Assembly: GCA_040954595.2 (NCBI GenBank) | Contig: CM082594.2 | Location: forward strand, 2,589,319 to 2,653,318 | Origin: Balanoglossus misakiensis | Taxonomy: Eukaryota; Animalia; Hemichordata | DNA length: 64,000 bases | Direction of reading: 5' to 3' | Shown here: one piece after another, positions 63,661 through 64,000 of the stretch | Numbering within the stretch: the first letter of the stretch is position 1 | Layout of the letters: every line of letters begins with the position of its first letter | The notes under the pieces: model-generated | What the model was told of the DNA's origin: nothing | Database searches by the model: none | The model's input: the letters and a program-made list of their open reading frames with translations, nothing else | Made by a program: the position numbers and the translations under genes

Positions 63661-64000
63661 TTTTTAGGTCCCATTGGTATAGGCCTATATACCATGGGAC
63701 CTTATGGGATGGGTTGCGTCTGTATGTATGTATGTATGGATGGATGTATGGATGGATGGATGGATGTATGTATGTCTGTATGTCCGTCCACATCAAAAAC
63801 TTGAAAACCGCTGCGCGTATCACCTCAATATTTGGTGTGTAGGTGCAGGCAGGGCTGTAGATGGGAGTTTGTCCAAACGAAGTTGCCAGGCCCAAAAATA
63901 TGCAAATTAGCTTGTAAAATGTGAAATTGATCAAAACTCTGTAAGTCAGCAACTACTGGTCAGATTGCTTTGAAAATTGGTATGTATGTACCTTATGTCA
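63661..64000 (+). mobile_element. HINE-like element 5' part (same family as 47495)
   Basis: ttttaggtcccattggtata-ggcc-tatataccatgggacct hairpin, (ATGT/ATGG)n, and a core matching 47705-47910. Confidence 0.75.

Overview
Eukaryotic, intron-rich genomic DNA, most likely from a marine invertebrate deuterostome (echinoderm or hemichordate). The taxon is inferred from the fibropellin-type gene and the transposable element (TE) landscape. Two divergently oriented extracellular-matrix genes dominate the window. (1) Minus strand, 23459 to <36: a 38-exon, >=3250-aa MUC4/'mucin-like protein'-type gene. Its order is signal peptide, one 4020-bp exon carrying a Pro/Thr/Ser-rich (PTS) mucin array of 39-bp repeats, 10 EGF, NIDO, AMOP, VWD (GDPH), then >=15 EGF/cbEGF, continuing past the left edge. 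All exon phases I traced by hand are compatible. (2) Plus strand, 43395 to >55717: a fibropellin-like gene (EGF-CUB-EGFx7...); its first and last exons were not located. The spacer and introns hold a near-identical ~4.66-kb tandem duplication, nested LINE/hAT/CR1/MITE insertions, a BEL/Pao 3' end with LTR, Helentron-like (HINE) elements, Harbinger- and Kolobok-like MITEs, tiny hairpin elements with 9-10 bp target-site duplications (TSDs), and a decayed spliced antisense gene. The most unusual signals are seven CPPC-bearing variant units in the mucin array and three Trp/Tyr-dense stretches in the NIDO/AMOP region. All coordinates were read by eye, family names come from recalled motifs, and no searches were run.
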